From positions 1-50,836 of IMG/VR virus record IMGVR_UViG_3300020016_000007: a stretch of DNA of 50,836 nt. The stretch is one strand, 5' to 3'. The DNA comes from a virus (Duplodnaviria > Caudoviricetes). This document shows positions 17,054 through 26,700 of this stretch, piece by piece; position 1 is the first letter of the stretch; each line of letters begins with the position of its first letter. A model generated the notes under the pieces. It saw nothing but the letters and a program-made list of their open reading frames with translations, was not told the origin of the DNA and did not search any database. The translations under genes were made by a program, and so were the position numbers.

Positions 17054-17155
17054 CAAAGAGGGGCGATAGTTAGCGATGGGGCCATGACTACCACGTGTCA
17101 TATACCGTGGCGCTCTGGCCCCGCCCCCAACGCCCCCACAACTCGGAGAAGTGTT

Positions 17156-17482
17156 ATGAGCAAGAATGGATCAGATTTGGTCGCAGTGTTGGAATACCTC
17201 GACCGCAAGCAGAGCTTCAAGCCGCCCAAGTCGGGCCGTAAGACTAAGAAGCTTGTTATCCCTGATGAATTCGACTTGATTTCCTACGTTCAGAAGAAGG
17301 AAGAAGAAGTCGAACGTTGGAAGAAGTATTTGAAGGACAAAGAGAAGTTGGAAAAGAAGGAAGAGAAGAAGCCAGAGTATAAGGGTCCGTCCCTGAAGTT
17401 CGTTGAGTGGTACATCATTGGTATTCTTTCTTATCCTCTCGTAGGCCATTTGTGGCAGCTAGCAACAACGGTGCCGAAATGA
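17156..17482 (+). CDS. Lys/Glu-rich protein with C-terminal membrane segment
   Basis: GGAG RBS; WYIIGILSYPLVGHLW. Confidence 0.7.
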   Translation: MSKNGSDLVAVLEYLDRKQSFKPPKSGRKTKKLVIPDEFDLISYVQKKEEEVERWKKYLKDKEKLEKKEEKKPEYKGPSLKFVEWYIIGILSYPLVGHLWQLATTVPK

Positions 17483-17778
17483 CAACCAGTAAAGACATCA
17501 ACAGTACTGAGTTTCCACGTGCGAAGAAGAATGGTTGGTTAGAAGCAGCTGATGTTCTTGACGGGCCTGAACAAGAATGTTATCCTCTGGTATATGTAAC
17601 CAATCCCAATCACGGTGGTAAAATAACTTGCCATAAATGTGGAGGGTTTATTCCTGAGGAAGATGCAATAAGCTATTGGAGCTTTCAGCATAGTGATGAG
17701 TTTCCTCATGCACATTTTCACAAAGATTGTTACAACGAATACGAACATTACTACGGACTGGATAAGCCTATTGACTAA
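17479..17778 (+). CDS. Hypothetical Zn-binding protein
   Basis: ATGA-coupled; CHKC...HxxC. Confidence 0.55.
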   Translation: MTTSKDINSTEFPRAKKNGWLEAADVLDGPEQECYPLVYVTNPNHGGKITCHKCGGFIPEEDAISYWSFQHSDEFPHAHFHKDCYNEYEHYYGLDKPID

Positions 17779-18619
17779 CATCCACCAACTAATCCCTGAC
17801 ATCTACAAACTCGTGGGGTCCGACAATGGCTGGCTCACCGATCTGGTCGCATCCGATATGGGTGACGACGTTGCAAGCGCTCTCAAACTTTCCTTCGGAC
17901 CCCAAGAGCCGCGTGGTTTACGTCTCAGCGGACTTGGCCCCTCCTGCCCTAAAGCTCTCTGGCATCACATCCGTACCCCCGAGCTTGCAGAACCCCTTCC
18001 TCCATATGCCCGTATCAAATATGCCTACGGACACATCATCGAGCACCTCGTTGTCGGTCTCGCGAAAGCCGCAGGACATGAAGTAACAGGAGAGCAAGAT
18101 GAAGTCTCTGTTGATGGAGTCACCGGCCATCGGGACTGCGTTATTGATGGCTGCATCGTTGATGTCAAATCTTCTTCTACCTTTGGCCTTCAGAAGCTCA
18201 AAGACAAAACTATTGCACAAGATGATAGTTTTGGGTATCTGGATCAACTTGACGGGTATCTTGTGGGGTCAATGGATGATCCTCTGGTCCGTACTAAGGA
18301 CCGGGCCTATCTCTTGGCTGTAGACAAAACCCTCGGACATATGGTATTATATGAGCACAGATTCAGAGAACAATCTATTAGGAAACGAATATCTGATTAC
18401 AAGCAGATTATTCGATCGGATCAACCACCTCGATGCGAATGCGGGATTGTCCCTGACGGCAAAAGTGGCAATCTTAAGCTCGATACAAAAGCTAGTTATA
18501 GTGCTTTCCGCCACGTATGCCATCCGGGCCTGCGGACGTTTCTTTACGCGTCAGGACCCGTCTACCTAACTAAGGTAATACGTCCTCCCGCACCACACAT
18601 TATTGAATTGAGAAATTAA
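17771..18619 (+). CDS. PD-(D/E)XK (Cas4-like) exonuclease
   Basis: LRLS.LG..C...LW, GH..E, GHRD...D...VDVKS and Q..GY motifs. Confidence 0.85.
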   Translation: MTNIHQLIPDIYKLVGSDNGWLTDLVASDMGDDVASALKLSFGPQEPRGLRLSGLGPSCPKALWHHIRTPELAEPLPPYARIKYAYGHIIEHLVVGLAKAAGHEVTGEQDEVSVDGVTGHRDCVIDGCIVDVKSSSTFGLQKLKDKTIAQDDSFGYLDQLDGYLVGSMDDPLVRTKDRAYLLAVDKTLGHMVLYEHRFREQSIRKRISDYKQIIRSDQPPRCECGIVPDGKSGNLKLDTKASYSAFRHVCHPGLRTFLYASGPVYLTKVIRPPAPHIIELRN

Positions 18620-18807
18620 TGGTTGATCGAATTGAAATCCAAAAGGCAGTCAATGGGTATGTTGTTACTTCAAGGTACCGTGATGCTGAAAATACTATTA
18701 TTTTCAAAGATATGCCTCAGCTAATCCATCATCTTGATGATTGTTTTGCTAAACCGTTTAAAGAATTAACTTATGTAGTTAAACTTGTGAAAGAACCAGA
18801 AACTTGA
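18619..18807 (+). CDS. Hypothetical small protein
   Basis: TAATG-coupled; IEIQKAVNGYVV. Confidence 0.55.
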   Translation: MVDRIEIQKAVNGYVVTSRYRDAENTIIFKDMPQLIHHLDDCFAKPFKELTYVVKLVKEPET

Positions 18808-18945
18808 TAGAAAAATGGAAGAAGAATGCTTGGCGTTTCATTTGGACACAACGTCGAGATGAATTAATTAAAGCATGTGAACGTTACCCGAACTCCGACA
18901 GGTATTCGACGCGGAAGATTGAACTTGAAGAATTGAACGCAAAGC

Positions 18946-19299
18946 TTGCAGAACTCGACGCGGAATAAATATCTTCTTAGGAAATTTGGAATAACAGAGG
19001 TACAATACGATGAGTTACTTCTCAAGCAGAATGGCTGCTGTGGAGTTTGTGGACGAAAAGCTGAGGAATTCAAAACCCGGCTCGCCGTTGATCATGACCA
19101 TTGGACGGGACAGATACGGGGACTATTATGCTCATTCTGTAATCGACGAGTCATTGGACGTTACAGACTTGACAAGGGATGCGACCTTCTTAAGAGAGGT
19201 TATGAGTACCTCACAAGAGAATACCCCGGCTGGATAGTACCACCTAGAAGGAAAAAGAAACATGGTAGGAAAAGATTACGACGAATTCGACCTGCGTGA
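18946..19299 (+). CDS. Recombination endonuclease VII-like protein
   Basis: FGIT..QY..LL..Q.G.CGVC, LAVDHDH.TG.IRGLLC..CN. Confidence 0.9.
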   Translation: MQNSTRNKYLLRKFGITEVQYDELLLKQNGCCGVCGRKAEEFKTRLAVDHDHWTGQIRGLLCSFCNRRVIGRYRLDKGCDLLKRGYEYLTREYPGWIVPPRRKKKHGRKRLRRIRPA

Positions 19300-19389
19300 T
19301 GCACGTAATGTCGGGTTTTGGATTGGTGCGCTGTCCGGGTCTGTCGGGACATTCGTCCTGTGCTTATTGGTGGGGTTATATTTCTCAAG

Positions 19390-19539
19390 TTGACTGACTA
19401 CGCTGCCATCCTTGATGTATACTCCATCGAGGAACTACTGGAACTGAACGATCTTACTACAGAAGACTTACTTATTTATTTAGTTGAGGAAGGGTATCTT
19501 TCCCTTCCTTCCATTAAACCATTAGAGTTCGATGACTAA
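19390..19539 (+). CDS. Small acidic phage protein
   Basis: YSIEELLELNDLT.ED.L..LVEEG. Confidence 0.5.
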   Translation: MTDYAAILDVYSIEELLELNDLTTEDLLIYLVEEGYLSLPSIKPLEFDD

Positions 19540-19649
19540 AACAAAACACCCTAAGGACCGTGCAGAACGTTTGAAGGTTAAGGCTAAGAAGAAGCCTATC
19601 CACAGTAACGCTTCGCCGGTCTATCGCCTCCTCAAAGAGAAGGAAGAAC

Positions 19650-19868
19650 GTGATGCCGCTTCCGAGGGACTACCGAAACACCGAAGTCTACATCTCTGAA
19701 GGTAACATTTGTGACCTTCTTGCATCTTTCCTCTACCAGACACAAGTTGTAGGGGATTACGACGAAGTTCTTTCCGTCTCTTTGGGAGAACGCCGTCCTG
19801 ATGGAATGTACGCCATCAGCTTTATGCATATTCCGCGTAAAGAAGCTATCCTAGTTGTACACAAGTAG
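19650..19868 (+). CDS. Hypothetical protein
   Basis: AAGGA RBS. Confidence 0.55.
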   Translation: MMPLPRDYRNTEVYISEGNICDLLASFLYQTQVVGDYDEVLSVSLGERRPDGMYAISFMHIPRKEAILVVHK

Positions 19869-19900
19869 TTAATTAGGGCCATTGCCCCAAGGAAAAGAAA

Positions 19901-20092
19901 ATGACACATGAAAACACGATTCCCGCTGATATCAATATTCCGGTCGATCTCGTCGAAATTCTCGACGAAGCAGGCAACCCCACCGGACAGTACCGAATTG
20001 CCCCCGTGGACGGAGCAACCTATAGTGACGGTGAAACCCCATACGAGGGGACCACGGTCACGGAAGACACCCCCGATCACGTCGTCCACTAA
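19901..20092 (+). CDS. Small acidic hypothetical protein
   Basis: AAGGA RBS; followed by a terminator. Confidence 0.6.
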   Translation: MTHENTIPADINIPVDLVEILDEAGNPTGQYRIAPVDGATYSDGETPYEGTTVTEDTPDHVVH

Positions 20093-20110
20093 TTTACCGA
20101 TGTAACGAAG

Positions 20111-20147
20111 AAGGAGCTAGGTTATCTCCGTTTCCTAGCTCCTTTTT
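20111..20147 (+). terminator. Rho-independent terminator
   Basis: aaggagctagg/cctagctcctt stem plus T run. Confidence 0.8.
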
Positions 20148-20160
20148 CTATGGAGGTATT

Positions 20161-20829
20161 ATGTTAGGAAAGAAGAAGTATATTTCAATACGTCAGAAGT
20201 ATTTCGGTGAATCTGCTAGAGAAGCTAAATTTAATTTCAGTAAATATAAGGAAGTAAAGATGGGATTTGATTTTAATAAGATTGTTGAATTTGTTGATTG
20301 CCCAATGGCACAACCAGCACCCAAGTGTGTACCTGTGTGTTGCAAAAAAGAAGGGACAGCCCCCATGCGTTACAATGACAACTACGCTCATGCTTCCGTC
20401 AACGCTCCTCAGTCTGATCTGGCTACCAGCCGTGATTACTTCATGCGTCGTCTGAAAGAGGTGAGTTCCACCCTCGGTGACCTTGCTGAGAAGTTCAACC
20501 TCCACGTTGACAACACCCCGAAGAACTTCAAAGACCTGATTGACGCAATTAAGAACGACAAGTTCACGCTCGATCCTAAGGTTGTGAAGAAGTTCGAAGC
20601 TCTTGATGATAATGACGAGGATGGCAAGAAGTATTGGTTCAATATGACCTACGGCATCATCTGGGATGGCCCTAAGGCTGACCAGAAGGGCTATGAAGAG
20701 GCAATGGAGGAACTGAGCAAGGCAGAAGATTCTGCCCGTGACGCCATCATGGCTGCTGCCAATGCTGGTGATATGAAGGCTGCGGTTGAAGCTTTCGCTG
20801 CTTGGACTCCCACCGTGGGAAACGCCTGA
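20161..20829 (+). CDS. Hypothetical protein (start uncertain: 20161, 20260 or 20365)
   Basis: Long ORF; last gene of the + arm. Confidence 0.75.
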   Translation: MLGKKKYISIRQKYFGESAREAKFNFSKYKEVKMGFDFNKIVEFVDCPMAQPAPKCVPVCCKKEGTAPMRYNDNYAHASVNAPQSDLATSRDYFMRRLKEVSSTLGDLAEKFNLHVDNTPKNFKDLIDAIKNDKFTLDPKVVKKFEALDDNDEDGKKYWFNMTYGIIWDGPKADQKGYEEAMEELSKAEDSARDAIMAAANAGDMKAAVEAFAAWTPTVGNA

Positions 20830-20904
20830 AGGCTCAGACCATTAGCCTATTAAAATGGTTCAAAAACATTAGGGGAACAAACCCCTAACGACCAGCGCAA
20901 AACT

Positions 20905-20940
20905 AAAGCCCCTAGGGATTTCTCCTTAGGGGCTTTTTTT
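20905..20940. terminator. Bidirectional terminator between the two genome arms
   Basis: aaagcccctaggga/tccttaggggcttttttt at the convergence point. Confidence 0.9.
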
Positions 20941-20963
20941 GTGCCTAAATTGGTAGAATGTTA

Positions 20964-21140
20964 CTAAATCTCTATGCCACCAAGTTCTTTAAGTTCCACG
21001 TCTTCGAGTTGTTTATTCTGTTGCTGCTGAGGTGGAGTTACAACCATACTGTCATCTACATCTTCTGGTACAATCCAGTCTGATGCTACTTGATGAAATT
21101 CATCATCATAGAAGGCACCCTTAGAATCACCTATTGTCAT
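20964..21140 (-). CDS. Small acidic hypothetical protein (58 aa)
   Basis: ATGA-coupled; read manually (MTIGDSKGAFYDDE...). Confidence 0.45.
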   Translation of the reverse strand: MTIGDSKGAFYDDEFHQVASDWIVPEDVDDSMVVTPPQQQQNKQLEDVELKELGGIEI

Positions 21141-21385
21141 CGTGCTTTATATCCTTTGTGCGGCGGTTGTCTCTTTCGGTTCGCGCGTCTAGAAGTAACC
21201 TTAGTAGGAACATGATCGAGACTACCAGTAGGGTGATACCCAACGTGATCAAGTTCTTTTCTGTCACCTTTGTGTACCAAACCTTTCTTCATGGCCTTAT
21301 AGCGTGCACGACCTCTAGCGGCACGTCGTTTCTTCTGAATCGCAGAAGACTCCCATTTGTTTTCTTTAGCGTAATTACGGGCCAT
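21137..21385 (-). CDS. Small basic HNH-like protein
   Basis: ELDHV...S...NR pattern of short phage HNH proteins. Confidence 0.55.
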   Translation of the reverse strand: MARNYAKENKWESSAIQKKRRAARGRARYKAMKKGLVHKGDRKELDHVGYHPTGSLDHVPTKVTSRRANRKRQPPHKGYKAR

Positions 21386-23745
21386 TATTTCCTACTATTT
21401 AACTGCCTCAAGAAGTCCTTGACTGACATTCCCGGAGGGATTTCATCAGTCTGTATTCCTGTGATTTGTTCGTCTGACAGGTTACCTTTGATTACGCCAC
21501 GTGTTTGGTAGGACTCCAAAGGTTCTGCATTAGAGCCAGTTGGGTTCCTTATAAATGATTGGACGTCATTTGAAGGTTCTGCAGCAAACTTATTGGCAGG
21601 ACCTTTCTCGTTAATCTTATATCCTTTACTGGAGATCATAGCTCTCATAATCTGAGCAGGAACTCCTTCGATATCTTTAGTCGGAGAGAAGTTAGCAGCC
21701 TTGAGAGTCCTGAAGACAAATGCATCTACATTACTACCTTCAACCTTAGCTATCTCAGCGAGATTACCTAATACCATATTGAGGTTCTGAGTTACAGGAT
21801 TATCTGTACCATTCTTATCACGAAGCATCAATCGGGTATGCTTACTATCCCAAGATAGATCGTAACTACCACCAGAGTTCTTAACTAGTTCGTTGATAGT
21901 ACCGACTTGATTTCTAATCAATCCAACAGCTTCTCCTTGTGCCCAGTTAGAATACTTAGGCCAAGCAGTAGGCTCGACAGAAGCAGCATGAGCACGAATA
22001 GCCTGTGTAACAGCAGGAGCAGTCAATGTAGCAAATGCAGACGACCTACCTTGTACGACACGGCCTTTCGTATCGTCATAGTAATCATCCATGAACTTAC
22101 TGAGGACATCACGATTACTAGGATCGTAGAAATACTTAATTGCATTACTCTTAGCTTCAGGAGCAGCTGTAGGATCAGTAATGACTTTAGTTAATCCTGT
22201 TAGATTCTTATAAGCTTGTCCGGGCAACGGAGTACCAGAGATATTACCAGCCTGACGCATCTCATCAATACTCTGAGAGAATGTATAAGTCTTGCCGTCT
22301 GCTCCTTTGTAACCGCCAGTCTGTGCAATAGCTTGCTGTCCCATTTCTTTTATTAAAGGTTGGACATCAGTATTTAATCCTGCACCAAGCATTGACCCTA
22401 CAATATCAGGAGCTAACTGAGGTATTAATTTATTAAAGACAGAAGCCGTTTGAACTCGACCTCCAACAGTAGGGTCTTTCAAAACCTTAAATGTAGCATT
22501 GCGCTGAGTAGCTTCAGCAGCCTCACCTAACGTATAAGCAGGACCGAATTGTTTATCCTTGATGAATTCAGATGTCTTTTCAAACAACGCCCCTACCGAG
22601 GAATTAATAATCTTCTTAGTCTCTTCAGGTCCAATGATATCTGCGACAGATTTACCTAACGTACCATCTGCTAGTTTAGGACGTGTATTCAAAAGCATAG
22701 CCGTCTGTGTATAAGTCTTAGCCTTAATAGCTTCGTACTGTTGGCTTAGATTGCGGTAAACATCATCGTTTGCTTTACCCTGATTTACAGTTAAATCATA
22801 CATCTGATCCGACAACTTAGCAGCTGATACACCTCCTTGGGCAGCCAGCATCTGATCATTAGCAAACGCTATCGTAGCTGCGTGATTAGCTGCAGCAACA
22901 GCGTAATTAGTAGCATTAGTTATCTGTGTCTTTTCATCCTGACTTTGAGACTCAAACTGAGCCTTCTTAAGAGCAAGAGCATTTAGTTGTCCTTGATTGA
23001 ATGCTAACCATTCCATAACCTTATTACTATCACCAGTAGCATTATACTGCTCAAGTGCCTTTTTAGAGCCGGGAAAACCAGAATTACTTACAATCTGATG
23101 TTGCCAGAATGTGGTTTCTTTGTCTGCCTTAGCTGCACGCTGGGCGATATCTGTACGAAGACTATTGACTAGTTCGTTAGCGATATCCTTACCAGTAGCC
23201 TTCTGCATTGTAGCATCGACGTACTCACGCCAACCGGGGTATGTAGCTCTGAGGTCCTTCAGCTGTGCATACAGCTTCATATCAATCTCAGTGTTGCTAG
23301 GCTTACCTGAAGCCTGCGCAGCACCTAATCGTTCGACGTTCTTCAATCCTGCTGCCAACCCCGGAGGTACGTCAGGAGAATTAACATTAGCCATGATGTC
23401 TACTGGACCTGCAGAAGCTACTTCTGTAGTGCCAGTTGCAGGAGCAGCAGGACCAAGCCCTGTAGGGTTAGCCTTGAGTTCTTTTAGCGCGTCAATATAT
23501 CCATCAGTCAATGGGTCTACACGACTGTAGACGTCATTCTTGATGACACCCTTGACTGTACTGTCTGCTAGTTCTGCAATACCTTCGAAGGCTTTGCCTG
23601 CAGTGGCAAGAGCTATTCCTGTAGCTTTACCTGAATATTCCCCAGACTCATCTGCCTTCGGCTGTGATATAGGTTCCGAGTATCCTTTAAGGAAACTAGG
23701 CATCTTATCTTGGCCGGGAGCGACCTGTGGGTTTAATACGGCCAT
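21385..23745 (-). CDS. Internal virion (ejection) protein
   Basis: 786 aa, Ala/Gln-rich helical; last of three genes after the tail nozzle. Confidence 0.7.
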   Translation of the reverse strand: MAVLNPQVAPGQDKMPSFLKGYSEPISQPKADESGEYSGKATGIALATAGKAFEGIAELADSTVKGVIKNDVYSRVDPLTDGYIDALKELKANPTGLGPAAPATGTTEVASAGPVDIMANVNSPDVPPGLAAGLKNVERLGAAQASGKPSNTEIDMKLYAQLKDLRATYPGWREYVDATMQKATGKDIANELVNSLRTDIAQRAAKADKETTFWQHQIVSNSGFPGSKKALEQYNATGDSNKVMEWLAFNQGQLNALALKKAQFESQSQDEKTQITNATNYAVAAANHAATIAFANDQMLAAQGGVSAAKLSDQMYDLTVNQGKANDDVYRNLSQQYEAIKAKTYTQTAMLLNTRPKLADGTLGKSVADIIGPEETKKIINSSVGALFEKTSEFIKDKQFGPAYTLGEAAEATQRNATFKVLKDPTVGGRVQTASVFNKLIPQLAPDIVGSMLGAGLNTDVQPLIKEMGQQAIAQTGGYKGADGKTYTFSQSIDEMRQAGNISGTPLPGQAYKNLTGLTKVITDPTAAPEAKSNAIKYFYDPSNRDVLSKFMDDYYDDTKGRVVQGRSSAFATLTAPAVTQAIRAHAASVEPTAWPKYSNWAQGEAVGLIRNQVGTINELVKNSGGSYDLSWDSKHTRLMLRDKNGTDNPVTQNLNMVLGNLAEIAKVEGSNVDAFVFRTLKAANFSPTKDIEGVPAQIMRAMISSKGYKINEKGPANKFAAEPSNDVQSFIRNPTGSNAEPLESYQTRGVIKGNLSDEQITGIQTDEIPPGMSVKDFLRQLNSRK

Positions 23746-26700
23746 TATTGTTCTCTTTTATGTAATTGTTGATACGCTTCATTGTATATTTGTCGCTTAT
23801 CCGTTGGGATCAAAGACAGATAAAAACGATCGAGGTTTTTAGCCAGCGTACCACGATTCATTGTAGCCAGTCGTTGGATAGCTTTAGCTTGCATTTCTAA
23901 CGGGACCATTGCTGACTCCAGTTGAAAGAATGCATTAGTCATATGTTTAATAGCTTGATCTCTATTACCATTAAGAGCATCTTGCTGACCCAGATATGCA
24001 TAATGTTCGAAGTCATTGATAGCACGTAGATAGTTCTGTTGACGTTCTTTATTAATCTTATTACGCAAATACATATCGTCTTCTACGACGTCACGTAATC
24101 CACTTAATGTCCTGAACATAGCATCAATCTTACCTATGTCATTAACAGGACGTCCGTGGCTATCAAGCCACTTACCGTAGGCTTCAGCATAAATCATACG
24201 CCTACCCATCTTCCATGAATTGATGACATCAGGAGCTTGATACCAATCATCCATAGTTAACTTAAAGACTTTCTTATTAGGATCAGACTGAAGCTGACTA
24301 TACATAGCTTGTGTAAACGGAGACAGACGAGACAACGTGTCTCCAATCTTACTACCGACAGCACCAGTTAATATCTTCCAGAAGGGAGTATCAGCTTCTA
24401 ATAGATCACGAAGGATTTGGTAACCACCGGGACCGAAGCGGTTATTGAAGTCATAGAATGTTCCCTTTGACATATCCATTCCACCAGTGATAGTAGCACC
24501 TAACATAGAGAGAGGTCCTTCCATCAGCAGTGTTGAAACCATATTCTTACCGGGAACATAGCCATTCTCAAGAGCCTTCTGACGGATCAAATCTCCACCG
24601 GGAATAAGTGTCAATCCTGTAGAAGTAACTGCACCGAATAACATACTATTAATAAGGAACATCTTGGCACGTACTTTCATACGTCCAGCGAATGTCGGAG
24701 CAAGATTACGACTCCAGAAAACGTCTCCAACCTTCTTAATGTAGTCAAAGAACATCATCGGAACACCAACTAATCCTTTATTAAGGATGGTATTGGCATC
24801 ACGACTCATAAGTGAATTAAAGTAGTTAGCTCTGTAGAGTATCTGTCCTTCTTCGACCTGAGTAATCTTCTTGAAGGGATTCTTCTTTCTGAACTCATAG
24901 AAAGCAGTATAGTATGCACCATACCGGACATTCTGGTTAGCTAGGTCGAAGAAAATCTGACTACTACGAAGGAAGCGCCCACCATCGCTGATAAAGAAGT
25001 TCTTCTTATGCATACCATTGTCTAGTGATATAGTATTACCAATCACTCCGAAGCCACTACGATCTAAGAACTTCATAGCTTCAGTGAACTCGCCGGGACG
25101 CCATCCGAACATAGTAGCTTTAGTATCCATTGCAGATACTATATCTGGTTTCTTATTGATACGACTCCATTGATGCAACAAAGCTCCGAAGCTACCAGCT
25201 GCAGCATGATCGACATCTGCAAGAGCATAGATAGTTGCATACGCCATACTCTGCGCAGTCAACTGTGTCCAATTAAGCAATCCCAGAGTAGTGTGGAATG
25301 TCATACCTCGTAGGAAATCTACTGGAGCACTGACACGATCAAGTAACCATTCAGGAGCCAGTAGAGGAGCCTTAATGATCTTGCCTAACGTAGGGGCTTT
25401 ATTAGAAACTGCAGCGATTGGTCTGCTGACTTCTGCTGCGTATATAGCATCAGACATCGACTGACGCAGACCATGCATCACAGTATCAATCTTACTAGGC
25501 TCTCCTAGGAAATCTTTGATCTTATAACGATTAGTCTCTGCGTTGATACGACGTAGTGCAGTATCTGGATTGCTCTTAAGCTTACCTTCTCTGAGATACC
25601 AGAAAGGAGAAGAACGAACTAGAGCCTTCGGGTCTTCGAAGAGATCGAGGTTCTCTTGAAGCCAATGTTCCGCTGCCGTGATTTTCATGTCATCCATATA
25701 GATAGAAGACACTGCACGTTCCATAGCTCTAGTAAGAGCCGTAATAGGATCAGTTAAACTTGCAGGACGGAATTCATAGAATGGTCTAGCACCGCTACCT
25801 TTATTGAAGAACTCATTTAGAGCATACGAATCTCTTGGTTGCGTATAAGCAACTTGGAAGTTACGTGCTAGCGATCCATGTTTAGTACCATCAACGAATG
25901 TACTTACGATACCACCATCAGGGGTAGTCTTAGTATATTTCTCAGCTAATTGCTGGTCTAAGTCTGCAATGGTTTTACCCTTCGGGACAACTCTGAATTC
26001 CTGACGGGGATCAGAACTGAAACGCGGAGGTTGTATTTCACCAGTTACAGGATTTTTACTAGGGCGGAAGCCTGCATAAAGCTTCTTCCACTCAATATCG
26101 AAGACGTTCTTAGCATAAGCTTTAGCGCCTCTAGCGTCTCTAGCACGTATCAACCGTGCTATTTCATTCATATGTTTAGCGAAATCTTCGCCTTGTGCAC
26201 GACTAGTAACAAAACCAAACGTACTATCACCTTCATAGATATGTTCGAATTTGCTACCAACCTTCTGAGGGCGAATGATAGATTGCTTGACAGAATGGTC
26301 ATAATCATACTCCCAGTGTCCACCACCTCGGTAGCCAACTTGGTCATATGTAATAGGCTTAACCTTCATATTGTTACTAAAGATATAACGAATACGAAGT
26401 TCATTACCATCACTGTCTGTACGACTGATCGGACGAGCTTCTGGATTATATATTTGCCCGCCAGTAAACTGTCCATGCTTAACAAGCTCACGGAAAGCTT
26501 CTTTGTTATCAGGGTTCATATTATGCCAATACTTCTCGCTTCCATCCGAGGAAACAATAAGCATCACATCATCGCCAATGGCAGGAACTTTATTCAGAAG
26601 CTGGGCTTCGAACCACGGAGAGTCAGTGTTCTCTCCATCCTTATTGGTAGAGAACTGCATCTGCATCACACCCAACCGTGCCTTATTACGATAAGACATA

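Noticed and set aside
17060-17138. tRNA-Ala or tmRNA-like element (GGGGCGATAG...CGCCCCCA)
   Set aside because: Ends can pair, but there is no T arm, no proper NCCA geometry and no tag ORF; kept only as a hairpin at the island's 3' edge.
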